A DNA stretch of 62,748 bases from Klebsormidium nitens (Eukaryota > Plantae > Klebsormidiophyceae). Positions 1-11,730 of the stretch are shown here, in pieces. Made by a program: the position numbers and the translations under genes. The notes below the pieces were generated by a model. That model saw only the letters and a program-made list of their open reading frames with translations. It searched no databases and was not told where the DNA came from. Location: assembly GCA_000708835.1 (NCBI GenBank), contig DF237478.1, positions 1 to 62,748 on the forward strand, in the 5' to 3' direction. Positions within the stretch are counted from its first letter, which is position 1. Each line of letters opens with the position of its first letter.

Positions 1-259
1 CTTAGATATCTGGTCAAAACTTAGAACGACCGTCCAGCTAGGTACTTAAGTGCACGTGCTATTCGATGGACGTCAATGCTGTATGATCCGTGACAAACGG
101 CCAATCGGGCCGGGGGTCACCAAGTATTCATAGTTTGACTCTGTAGATCCGCTTATATACTACAAGCTCAATTTTGACTCTTTTTTTGCTCTTTTCTCTC
201 TTTTCTCTCTTGGACTCTCCCCGTATTTTTTGGATCTTGACTATGTCGTTGTTATACTC

Positions 260-490
260 GGCCCCGGAACATGGATTACTTGATCCCCAGTATTCCGTAT
301 TCCATTGACAAGGTTTCAAAAAGGCAGTATTCCGTATTCTAGGGTGCTCAAGTAATCTGTATTCCGTTTCGCAAATGCGGCTTTTGACATTTTGAAAGGT
401 ACGTATCAATTTGGGTATCCCGGATTCTTCCGATCCCAAATATGGGTATTCCGTATTCCGATATTCCATGTTCCGGCGCCTATTAGACTA
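260..490. mobile_element. hAT-like non-autonomous element (MITE)
   Basis: Imperfect inverted ends (GGCCCCGGAACATGGA from 260 vs TCCATGTTCCGGCGCC ending 480), exact 8-bp direct repeat TTATACTC at 252-259 and 491-498, several internal GTATTCCGTATTC motifs. The right end reads 5'-TAG on the minus strand; the left end lacks the outer 10 bp. Confidence 0.6.
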
Positions 491-2992
491 TTATACTCCA
501 AGAGCTCGGCGATATTGCTGGCTTTGCGTTGAACCGCAGCGGCTGATATGAGTCCACCAGAGGGCGGTGCCCCCGAGGGCGAACTGCCTCCATTGGGGGG
601 ATATCAAACTCGGAAGTCGAATGATACATGGATACTATCGTGGAGCTCGACTGAGTGGTATAACTCGCTTATTGCTCAGTCCGGACATCGCCGCATTGCG
701 CCGTCAAACCTGGCCGGGTCAATGAACCTAGCAACGATGTTCTGTAGCATATCCGAGCCTCCGTGGCGGTACTATCCGATTATCAACGACATCTTCTCCT
801 CACTTCAATGGTTCAATGGTTCGGTATCGAAACATCCGAACATCTTGTTAATGATATAGCTCATGGCGAAATGAGGTTGAGCGAAAAACTTTGACGGACG
901 ATTGAAAGAGTGGGACCCGGGCCTGTCACACGACTCATGAGTCCAGGATGAGGCTATGGACTTGGCTCGACTAGGAGTACTCCTACCGTACATACCAAGC
1001 AATAGCGATCAGGAGCAATTCGAATAGGCAACACTCACAGCTGCGATCCGTGCTCGATCCGTGCTCGGTAGAGGATCATGTATGCCATGGAAGCCTATGG
1101 CCAGTATGGCCCGCCGGTGTGGCTACGGCATTTGAAAAGAGAACAATATCATCTGAGTAAGAATTTGAAGCCTAGGTCCTAGCTCATGATCCAATGATCA
1201 ACGGGGATTGTTTTCAACGATCGAGCTGCGTTGCCACGCGGCCGAACTTTCCTCACGTGAGCGAACATAAACCGGTGAGTCGGCGGTGACCGGTCAACGT
1301 CAGGCCCGGGGGCCCAGTGAGTAAACCAGTGACTCGTGACTCCCGGCGAGTGAGGGCATGTACTTGACGGTACAGTGATCGGGATTCGGACACCGTAGTT
1401 TTCATATTTTAGAGCCGTCAGATCTTGCTTTCAGGGAAGAATCGGGGGCTGAGCGCCGAGTGCGGACCGCCCGCGTGGCAATCGAAGTACTGTACGATGT
1501 ACTAAGTAGGTACTGAGTCCAACACCGTCCAACACTGACAGCGTCCCGACTCCCGAGTCCCGACGCGATGGCGTCCCGGCCGGTTCCGATGGTGGACAGT
1601 CTGCTTCTCCGGGGCCTTGTACGGGCTCTGCTGGCACCAAATTGAGTACCACTGGCACTGGCACTGGGCCACTGATCAACATGCTGCCCTCTTGTTTTGA
1701 ACTACGCCGACGGTCAGACTTGGTAGACTAAAACCGCTCTAGAAAGCGCTCTTCCGAATGCAGGTGCTTGGATTACTACTACTACTAGCTAGTGGCCGCA
1801 AGAACGAGCTTCAAGAACGGTAGTAGTCTCCGTCCAGATCTGGAAACGGCCTGGGTGGATCAACAACACTGTAAGGACTCTTGGGGGGTGCAGCTGCACC
1901 AGCTTGGTGACCAGCAGCGGGAGGTTTGCAACCGCAGGGTGTGTGGTGAGTGGTGTGCAAGCAAATTAGAAAGTTTGCTTTGTCTGTGATCAAGCACACA
2001 CTCTCTTCCCTGCTGGTTCCTTCCTTCTAGGGGCGGTATGGTGCTGGGAGCATCTGCGTTGTTGGTTGTAGAATGCAATGCTGTGGCTGGCAATGCTGTT
2101 GCCCTTGCTTGCTGCTCCAGATCTACCCGTCTGCTCTTGTTTCTGGCGGGGTGCTGGTTTGAAAGGTCTCCTCTGCCTGCCAGTGTCCGCTCCTCTGCTG
2201 GGTGTTGCTGGCAATGCCGTGGCTTTCTCTGCTGCTCCCCCTTTGCTGTTCCCCACCTTGTCCCGTGTTGCTGCGCCACCACTGGGGTGCTTCAGTTCAC
2301 ACCTGTGTAGAGTCGAAGATCTGCCTGGCCCGCCAGTCATCAAAGCTGTGTACCGGAGTTTGTGTTTGAAGCGCCGTTGCCCAATGGTCCATTAAACAGG
2401 GTACGTTGTAAAGGTCGCACCTTTAGTATCAGACATAGCCTCCACACCTGAGGCTACTTGCTAGGAAAGTGTTGGTCTTTACGAGTGCTCCTTTCTTATT
2501 CACTAGAGGCGCTACACCCTCAGGCTCAGAAGTCCCCAAAACATCTTTCCACCTGGTTGGGGTTGAAAAAGGTGATTTAGCCAACTGCAAATTGAGTGAT
2601 GTGGCAGTCTCCAAAACGGGGGTTCAGCACCTATCACTTTGTACTCAACAACGAGATTGCCCCTCAGCATTTTCCAATTGTAACTTGATTGTGGGCCAAT
2701 GAGCGAGCGTTATTCAGGATCAAAGGCCCTTTGATATGCGCGTCCAAGTTCTTTCAGTTTCTGGATCTCCAGGTCTGTGGGAGGTACAAGCTTCTCCTTT
2801 TGCCGGAGGAGTGCCCGGGCACCTCCTGGTCTAATGCGCCAACTTTCCATAAGTACAGATCTAACCACGGGACCGCCTTTGCACAGAGCCTGCCTTCTTG
2901 TTTGGTCTTGGTGGTGACTCGTGCGTGGTATCGCCTGTCTACGACCTGAACTTTGTGTGCTCTTGCTGCCTGATTCTCCTGCAGTCGGTGCC

Positions 2993-5900
2993 ATGTGGCG
3001 TCATCCTTTCCGCATGGTGGCGCTGCTGTGCGTGTGCCTGAGTGCCGCTCTCCCTGTTTGCAGGTGGGTGGATGCCCCGCGCCATGGCTGCCGTCCGCGG
3101 CGTGCGGTTGGTGACGTTCCTCTCTCTGCTGCTCTTGGCGGCCGCTCAGCCCAACGCCCCTGCGGCGCAGCCCGCCCCCGCCACCCCCGCAGGTAACCCC
3201 CCAGCGTGACCACCACCCAGGCCGGCCGGCAGCAGGTTGCTGCAAGGTGCCACCTTTTAAGTTTGCAGGTTCAACCAAAAAGGCGCCTTTGCGTCAAGCC
3301 TGGGAAGGTGCTGGACTGTGCTGTCGACTGGTGGAAGCGGCTGCGTGAGCCGTGCGGAGCTCTCAGCAACTGTATCAGCTGGTCTCTGAACGTGCGCTTG
3401 TTGTGTGGTGCAGCCACCCCTGCCCCTGTCCAGGTAGTACTGGACCCTCCGCTGAATGCGCAAGGCAACCCTGGTCTGCTGATCTGCCCCGGCATCCTGA
3501 TAGACTACGTCATCAACAGCCTGACGTTCGTGCCGAACCCGAGCGGGGACGTGTATGCGTTTGATGCCACGGTCTTCTTCCAGAACATTGGCAACGTGAA
3601 TCTGGTCAGCTGGCAGGTCAGCATTGGCTACCAGTGGAACGAGCTCATCACCAGGGTCGGCAACCTCACGCTGCCACCCGGCGCTGCCACGCCCCTCCCA
3701 GGTACGCCGCTCATGCTCTCCCCGCCTGCTGGCTGCGGCCGCCTGCCCGCTTCCGGGTCCCTCTGAGCAGGGCGCTGCCCCAGGTTGGCTCTGCTGGGCA
3801 TGTGGCCCCGCTGCTGCTGCTCCCAGGGGCTGCGTGCGCAGGGCCCCTTGGCTGAGCCCCACGCGCTCCTCTGGTGCAGGCAACTCCACGCTCTTTGGTG
3901 CGCCACGGAACTACACGACATTACTGAGCGCCAAGAACGCAGCGGGCGACCAGAGTCTGTACACGACGCAGGCGCAGCTGGTGGGCACGGAGACAGGCGC
4001 CGTCAACGCTTCCCAGGCCCTGCCCGCGTACGTGCGCATCACCGCCCCCGGCGTCACCTGCCCGCCCGCCTACGTGCTCTCGCCCACCAACCGCAGTGAG
4101 TGCCCTTCGCATCCTTGCGCCTCTACGAAGTAGGGAGTCTAGGGCTGCCATTGCTTGCATGAGCAAGCAGCGGTGCCATGCACAGGCTGCAAGAGAGGCA
4201 AGAGTCTGGCTGTGAGGTGAAGGGGGGGACTTGACGCAGCCAGAAGCCGACAGTCTGAGTGAGGAGACAGTCTGAGTGAGGAGAAACCATAGAAGGTGCT
4301 GCACTCGAAGTGCCCCAGTAGCGCTTTTAGGAGAGTACTTTTGCACTAGAGCCTTGCGTAAGACATGGCTGAATCCCGACACCGTTGACAGTACCACATC
4401 AGCGCTATGCAAGGGGGTTTTAGTGGGCCTGATTGAGTGCATTAGGTGAGGTCGATTGGCGGGGGCACAAAATGAGAGGGCCTTTATCGTGAAAAGGAGG
4501 TACGTAGTTTGTAGTAGACTACTGCAAGGTCAGGTGGGCTCCGTTGGTGGGACTGGTGAGCTTTTACACTAGAGGTCAGAGTTCGAGGGCAAGGAACGCA
4601 GCAGTCAGCAGCCTCTTGGGGACCCCTCTTCGATTCGTTCCTCTTTCAGACATTCGAAGTCTACGTCAATATGCCTAGGGGGTCGGAAAGGGGCTCGCAG
4701 GGGGGGCCTTCCACCTCCTCTTTCCCCGGGCCTTGTCAGTCCTTGGTCATGGCAGTCCCATCCATCACATCTTGCTGCCAGTCACATCAGCACTGAGGCC
4801 AGGAAGGGTCCATCCGTGCAGACTCGTGTTCTCATTGACCTTCTCTCCTAACAGACCCCCTTCAGCGGCCCTCATCTTGTCGCAGTATCCACAACCCAAC
4901 CTTCTTTGTTGTTGCCTCCCCTCTTTGATTCGACTCCCCTGGCGCCATGGCCTGCCAGGCCCCCTGCCCTGTGCGCGCTGCCCTCACCCGCTGGCTGCTG
5001 TGTGCCGTGCTTGCAGGCAACGTGGTGCGCTCCTGCTGCATCACCCCCTCCACGGCTCTCACCGCCCCCGTTCCCGCCCCGGCCCCGGCCCCGGGCCCCG
5101 CCCCTGGTCCCGCGCTGCCCGTTGCCGCCCCCCAGAACGTGTCGCAGTGCCCCGCGGGCGTGCTGGTGGACTACGCCATCAGCAGCCTGGCCGCCATCCC
5201 GGGCCAGGACGGCGCCTACCAGTTCAACGCGCAGGTACGCGCAGCACGAGGGCACTGCCCCGCTGTGTGTCATAGAGGAGGAAGATTGCCTCGTCATCTG
5301 TCGTGTCTAGGCATTCACCCGCAACACATCCAGATTCCGTGCAGGGAACGAAGTGGCTGCTGGAACAGCTTTCAATCTAGATTGTAGGGGTAACATGCTG
5401 GGGTACCCCTTCAACTTCAAGCGCCGCAGGTCTCTTCCTGATCTCTTGCTGGTCCGCAGAGGGGCATGCGTTCTGTAGGGACTACTCCTGAGGTGCGCTC
5501 ACGAGCCCTCTGCCGCCCTTGCGCCGCCCGCTCTCACCTGTTGCTGCTGTGCGCTTTGGTGCAGACGACTTTGGCCAACAACGCGGGCAAGGCGCTGGAG
5601 GGGTGGGGCCTCTCCTTCCAGTTTGCGCAGAACCAGCTCATCAGCACTGTCAACAACATCCAGGTCGCGCCCGGCTACTCCTTACCGGCACCAGGTCAGC
5701 AGCGGCCGCCCCTGTGCGCTCACTCACCAGGGCTGAGCTTTCGCCGTGGCCGGTGTTGCCTGCTGTCCTGTCGCTGCCCTGAACACATGCGCCCACTAAG
5801 CGGCAGCTTAAAGACGGGCTGTTGAGTGTGGGGGGCAAGGATGGATCGCAAAGACTCGGGTTGCTAAACAGGCACTCCTCGAGCACCCCCGTCTGACCAT

Positions 5901-8900
5901 GCTCCTTTGGTGCACACAGGCAGCGGCACGGTGTTCGTCCCCCCTGCGGGCTCGTACGTGAACACGACGGCGCAGGCCGCGGGCAACAGCAGCCTGTACA
6001 CATACGTGGCATCGTTTGCGGGCAGCGAGGTCGGCGCGGCCACCGCGCGCGAGGCGCTGCCCACCGGCATCGACATCGGCGTCGCAGGATTGACGTGCGA
6101 CCCCGCCAACTTCTCCTACCCCGTCAACACCAGTGAGCCCACCGTCACCGCCCCCCCACCACTGCTCCCTCTCGCCACTCTTGGGCCCCCTGCGTGCGAC
6201 TGGAAAGGCTCGTGCGGCCCGCTTGCTTGGGCTGCCTGTTTGTCACACACAATTATCGGTTCTTGTTTTTGCTGCCTCTATACTCGTCCTTTCCCCGGCT
6301 GTCTTCCCCTCCCCTCACCGGCCCTCCTTGGTGTGTGCAGCCAACCTGCTGCGCGCGTGCTGCCTGCCGGTGGCCCCCCCCGTGCCGGCGCCGCCGTGCC
6401 CCGGCGTGACGGTGGACTACAGCATCGCGAGCCTGACGGCCATCCCGGACCCGTCCAACGCGGCGTTCAAGTTCAACGCGAGCGTGGTGGTGGCCAACGT
6501 GGGCAGCCGCGTGCTGCCGCCCTGGACGCTCACCTTCGGCTTCCAGAACAGCGAGATCATCGCCACCACCACCAACCTCGTCGTGCCGCCCACCACGCCC
6601 CTCCCCGCCCCAGGTCAGCGCACAGCCCTCTGGCGCCCGCACGCCGTCCCTTTGACCGCTCCTCTCACCGGACCTATCCGCGCATCCGGTCTTGGCCTCC
6701 TCTCCTGCCACCGCTGCCTGAGCGTCGCAGATGTAGCCCCTGTGTTGTCCCGTCTCATGTGGCCTCTCCGCATACCAGACGCTTCAATCATTCAGATGGG
6801 TGGTGCAGGTAATTCGACGGTGTTCGGCGCCCCCCCCAGTGCGTACACGTTGCCGTATGCCGCGCTGGTGGCGGGTGACATCAGCAAGTACGCGCTGCGC
6901 GCCTCCATCGAGGGCACCGAGTTCAGCGCCACCACGCCCAAGGCCGCGCTGCCTTCCACCATCAGCCTCAACGCGCCCGGCATCGCGTGCAGCCCCGCCA
7001 ACCTGACGGCCGCCACCGGCTCCGGTAAGGCCCCCGCCTTCAGCTCCGCGCTGCTGTCTCCCTGGCTCAGATCCCCGCCTCTGCCTGTGCGTGCGCTGTT
7101 CCTGTCTCCCCGCCTGCTCGCGCGTGCGGTGTGCCTCACCCCCCCTCTTCTTTTGCAGGCGCGGCGCTGCGGCAGTGCTGCGTGGAGGTGGCTTTGCCCC
7201 CGGCCCCCGCGCCGTTGCCCCCGGCCCCAGTGTGCCAGGGGGTGCAGATCAACTACACCGTCCTGTCGCTCACCCCCATCCCGGACCCCACCGGCACCGT
7301 CTACGGCTTCCGCGGCCTGGTGAGCCTGCCCCCCTCTCCCTCCGCCCCCGCTGCCCTTCTTCCTGTCGGCCAGACAGGTGGCCTGCCTGCCATCCCACGT
7401 GACCCCCCTCCTGTCCGGTCCTTGACGTGGCTGTCCATGGCGCGGTGTGCAGCTGACGGTGGCCAACACGGGGACGCGCGACCTGACGGGCTACCAGGTC
7501 CGCCTGGCGTGGCGCAACGGCGAGGTGATCAGTGAGGTCAGCAACTGGGACCTGGGCGACCAGTACCTGCCGCGCCCCGGCAACATCACGGTTTTCATCA
7601 GCCCCGCGGCGCGCCCCTTCCTCTTCACGGCCGTGGAGGCGGTGGGCAACGCCAGCATCTACTCCAGCAGCGGCACCATCGAAGGCACCCAGCGCGGCGC
7701 CGCTACTCTGGCGCAGGCGCTCCCGGGGGGAATCATCCTGCAGGCCGCCGGCTACGAGTGCCCCGACGGCAACATCTCCTTCCCCTCCCGTGAGGCCCTG
7801 CTCCCCGCACCGCCTGCCCAGGCAGCCGCGTCGGCCGAGGATATGTTCCTGCATGCTGGCTGCTTGGTTGTAATGGAATTCAGCCACAAAGCATTGGGAG
7901 TAGGCTTGTGAGACAACCCGGAGTGGTCTCCTCACCTGCCCGTGCGTGCCTGCGTGCAGCGACCAACAACAGCGTGGTGCAGTGCTGCTCCGAGATCCCG
8001 CTGCCGCCCGCGCCCGCGCCGGCCCCGCTGCCGTTCAGCAGCCAGAACTACAGCGGCATTCTGCTCAACTGGGACATCACGAACGCCAACGCGAGCACGT
8101 ACCAGGTGCAGATCCGCGTGACCAACCAGCAGCGCTACACCTCCATCAACGGCGGCTGGGCCGTCGGCTGGATCTGGCAGAACAACGAGTGAGCGCACCA
8201 GCCGCGCTCTGGCCCCCGCTCGCCCCGCCCGATCGTACCTGGGCCACTCTCTCGGGGTGTCACTTCAGGAAGCTGTTCTGAGATTCTTCTCAGCGGGACT
8301 GTGGTTAGTCAGCAGCGCCTCCGGGAGCCTTGCCGCTCCTCTTGCCGCGGCTGCCCTGTCTCCCCTGCCTTCGGCTGACTCCCCTTGTTCCGTCGTTGCG
8401 GCGCAGGTTCATCTGGAACATCGTGAACGGGTACGCGGGCAGCTTCGGCGACTGCACGACGCACCCCGCGGTGAACGACTACCCCAGCTTCGGCGTGCAG
8501 GTGGCCAACAGCCAGGGCAGCTGCGCGAGCGCGCCCAACCTGATCCAGAACACGGACCAGAAGGGCATCCTCACCGGCCAGGGCATCAGCGTGCAGAACA
8601 GCACCGCCAACTTCACCGTCCTCGTCGTGAGTCAACTCCCGTTGCTGATTAGTCACCGCTGACGATCACCTGGCAAGGAAGACTGCTGCTGCAGCTACCG
8701 CGCCTCTCTGCCTTCCCCTTGTCTCTGCCTGCCGGCCCTCCCCCGCTGTCCTGCCACTGTCGGAGCCCCGCCCAACGGCCGCCTTCCGCCGCGTTACTGA
8801 CTGCCGCCGCTGTGTGGTTCAGGGCAAGCCGGCCCGCCAGTTTGCGATCTCGACCATCATCGTGCCCCAGAACTTTTCCGTGGGCCTCCCCGGCTGGGCC

Positions 8901-10245
8901 TGCAACCCGCCCCTCAAGGTCGCCGGCCGGAACGTCCCCTTCGGCACCATCTCCGGCCAGGTCATCCCCGCCTACGGTGAGCGCGCCGCCCCCGCCCCCC
9001 GCGTCTTCTCAAGCACGGCTGCCGCAGGGGGCCTGCGACTTGGGCCAGCAACTGATTCTCGTTTTACGAGCGGCCTGCCTCCGTCTGGCTGTGCGGCCCT
9101 GTCGCTGACGCGCCCCCTGCCTGGCTCTGCGCAGCGTCGTACAACATCACGTGCGGCCCCACGCAGCCGAACGCGACGCTGCCCAAGTGCTGCGTCAGCA
9201 TGTCGGCCTTCTTCAACCAGACGGTGGCCCCCTGCAAGTCGTGCGCGTGCGGCAACTGCCCCGGCAAGGGTGGGGCGCCCACCGCGGCGCCCGTCCCGTC
9301 CGGCACCGGCTTCGTGCCTGCGCCCGGCACGTGCAACTTCAACAGCAGCAGCCTGCCCACCGTGGCCAGCCAGGTCGCCCTCGGCGTCGAACAGGCGGGC
9401 CGCGTGTACCCGGCCCCGCTCACGGGCCGCTGCTTGGACGGCTGCCCCTCCAACCTGCACTTCGACATTGTGAGCGCGGGCGACGGCGGCTGGACCGTCA
9501 AGATCGTGGCGGCCAACCGGCTGCCCGTGGACCTTGCCGACTGGATGCTCGTCGCGGAGCTGCCCGAGCTGAACTACCTGCAGAACGTCTACTCCGTCAA
9601 CTGGCGCCGCGACACAGGTAAGCGGCCCGTCTTAGCCTGCAGCGCCTCGTCCGATTGCGCTGAACCCCTTCGTAGCTTGTTTTTGGATTGTTGAGCTGTA
9701 ATGTCCGTGTTCACAAGGTCGAAATGTTGGGTGCGTCTTGTATGAAGTCGACACGCACCGGCCTGCTTTTCTTCTTCGGTTGTCTATTTGTGGATCAACA
9801 ATTTAATGAGGGCACCGAAGTCGTGTGCAACGAATGCAAGTGAGGGCTGCCGCGTGCGCACTGACCGGCGGCGTGTGCGTGTGCAGGCGCGGAGCGGCCC
9901 ACGATTTTGTTCTCGGGCGTGAAGGGGTACAACGACCTGGTGCTGGCGGCGGGGAACATCGAGTGGGTGCTCGGCTTCAACTTCACGGGCAACTCGTCGC
10001 TGCGCACCACGCTGCTGGGGACGGGGGTGCAGCGGCTGGCAGAGGCCAACTCGAACTCGTTCCCTACGCGAATATGGTTCAACGGAGACGAGTGCGAGAT
10101 GCCAGACCGGTCGCTGTGGCCCATCAGCCTCGCGCAGTACAACAACCTCACCAGGGTCTCGCCAGCTGTCCGGGTGGGCGCGAGCAAGATGCAGGCCATG
10201 CTGGCAACGATTTTTGCAGTGTTCCTTGGTATTGTGCTGTCATAA
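2993..10245 (+). CDS. COBL: COBRA-like (COBL7-subgroup) GPI-anchored cell-wall protein with four tandem N-terminal CBM2-like modules, about 16 exons, roughly 1200 aa
   Basis: Signal peptide MWRHPFRMVALLCVCLSAALP after the acceptor at 2984. COBRA core motifs GWAVGWIWQNNEFIW, PKCCVSMSAFFNQTVAPCKSCACG, FPTRIWFNGDECEMP. Hydrophobic C-terminal tail AMLATIFAVFLGIVLS-stop (GPI-signal-like). Canonical GT-AG introns give a continuous frame at the junctions checked. Confidence 0.9.
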
Positions 10246-11730
10246 ACAGAGTGTGTTCGCTGCCCGGGAGTTGCGGGGCTTCTGCTGGGCCCTTACCGGC
10301 GCAGTCCTGTCAGCCTTGCTCCTATAAGTCGACTTTGCCGGTCCACAGCCAATTGTTTCTCAGTAGCTAGTCAAGTTGTAATTTATACGCAAAGGCAGCG
10401 CGTTCAGCAAACTAGGAGTAGATTTGAAGCACATACTCGACGATCAGTCATTTCAGATTTCAATTCGGATCGGGCAAGCCGCTTTTGTGTATGTCTGACC
10501 GGGCTGAGCCGAGTATTCGACTTGCATTGAATGCCAGTCCGATTATTGAGCGCCGACCAGCATGCAGCTCGTCGCTGCAGCTTGCGCCGACCATGAAATT
10601 GGTCACTAAGTGTCTTTCGCGCGTGAATGCAAAATTGCTTTTTGCATCACATCGTGATGCTTAGACACTCAATCATGAGCCCATGTTGCGCGTTCTGACT
10701 GATCACAAACAAACATGGAGCTCGTTGTTGTTGATATTCGAATGGAAAAGTGGCTCCTCCGTACTAACGTTTGAATAACACTAGCTGGCAAGTAGATGCT
10801 GTCAGCAACGTGCTGCGCATGTACCGGATGCGCAGTTTCATGCCCTCTAAAGCTGCACATGTACGTCCAAAATCAGCAAAACGTCCATATAGTGATCGCC
10901 TATACATTTGCATTAATTCCGTACGTCATGATTCATGCATATATGTGGGGCCCCGGCACTGTATATAGGTTGCATGCTGCTCAGTGTCTCGAGATCATGC
11001 GTACGGTAAGGCGAATTTGAAATTAGAGACCATCATGTTACAACCGCTGCATGCTCTCTATCATGTGGCAACACAACATGCAACGCTTTGGGGCACGCGC
11101 AATATACAACGGTCATGCATACCAATCTTCCCAAATGGTCGAGATATTGGATTGAACTTTTTCCGTCTCATGTCGTGCTCAGTCTTGCAACATGCAACAT
11201 GGTTCGTGCACATGCTCCTTATTTGCAGCTATATACACAAACGTTTTGCGAAGTACGGTGTGGCTCACCAAGACACAGCCTGACTTTTCAGCGAGTTGCC
11301 ATGGAAGATTGCACTTGGTGGACCACCCATTAGGTACGAGCCACCATGGAGGAAAAACCCCATACATGTTTCAAGTTGGCATAGAGAAAATTGTGCCGGT
11401 TATGCATATATGTAGCCACTACATGCAAAGCAAAGTAGCAAGCCAGGTCCTTAGCAGACCTCTTCCGACTGACAAGTGCACTGGAATCTACGGGGAGCGT
11501 CAAGCTGGGCCGCTTGCTACGTTGCATCTCTAGGGTAAAACATGAATCTCCTGTACAGTATGCTGCCAACTCAATTCGTATCCAATGAATAACAATCGTT
11601 TGCGATCCTCTCGAAAACTTTATGCTTTGGCAGCAGTAAGCGGCCAACCTGTGTGTGCATTCCCCTTCAGAAAGCACGGCATACCTGAGCCCGTTGGATT
11701 GCCAATGGTGAGCACGGCCACATTTCGTAG

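Noticed and set aside
128-469. 113-aa minus-strand ORF with repeated NTEY
   Set aside because: Translation of the GTATTCCGTATTC subterminal repeats of the MITE.
548-1400. Short ORFs that might be a transposase relic next to the MITE
   Set aside because: No recognisable motif in the frames examined.
1765-2984. Cluster of short ORFs upstream of COBRA
   Set aside because: Pyrimidine-rich + strand ending in a strong acceptor at 2984; best explained as 5' UTR intron sequence.
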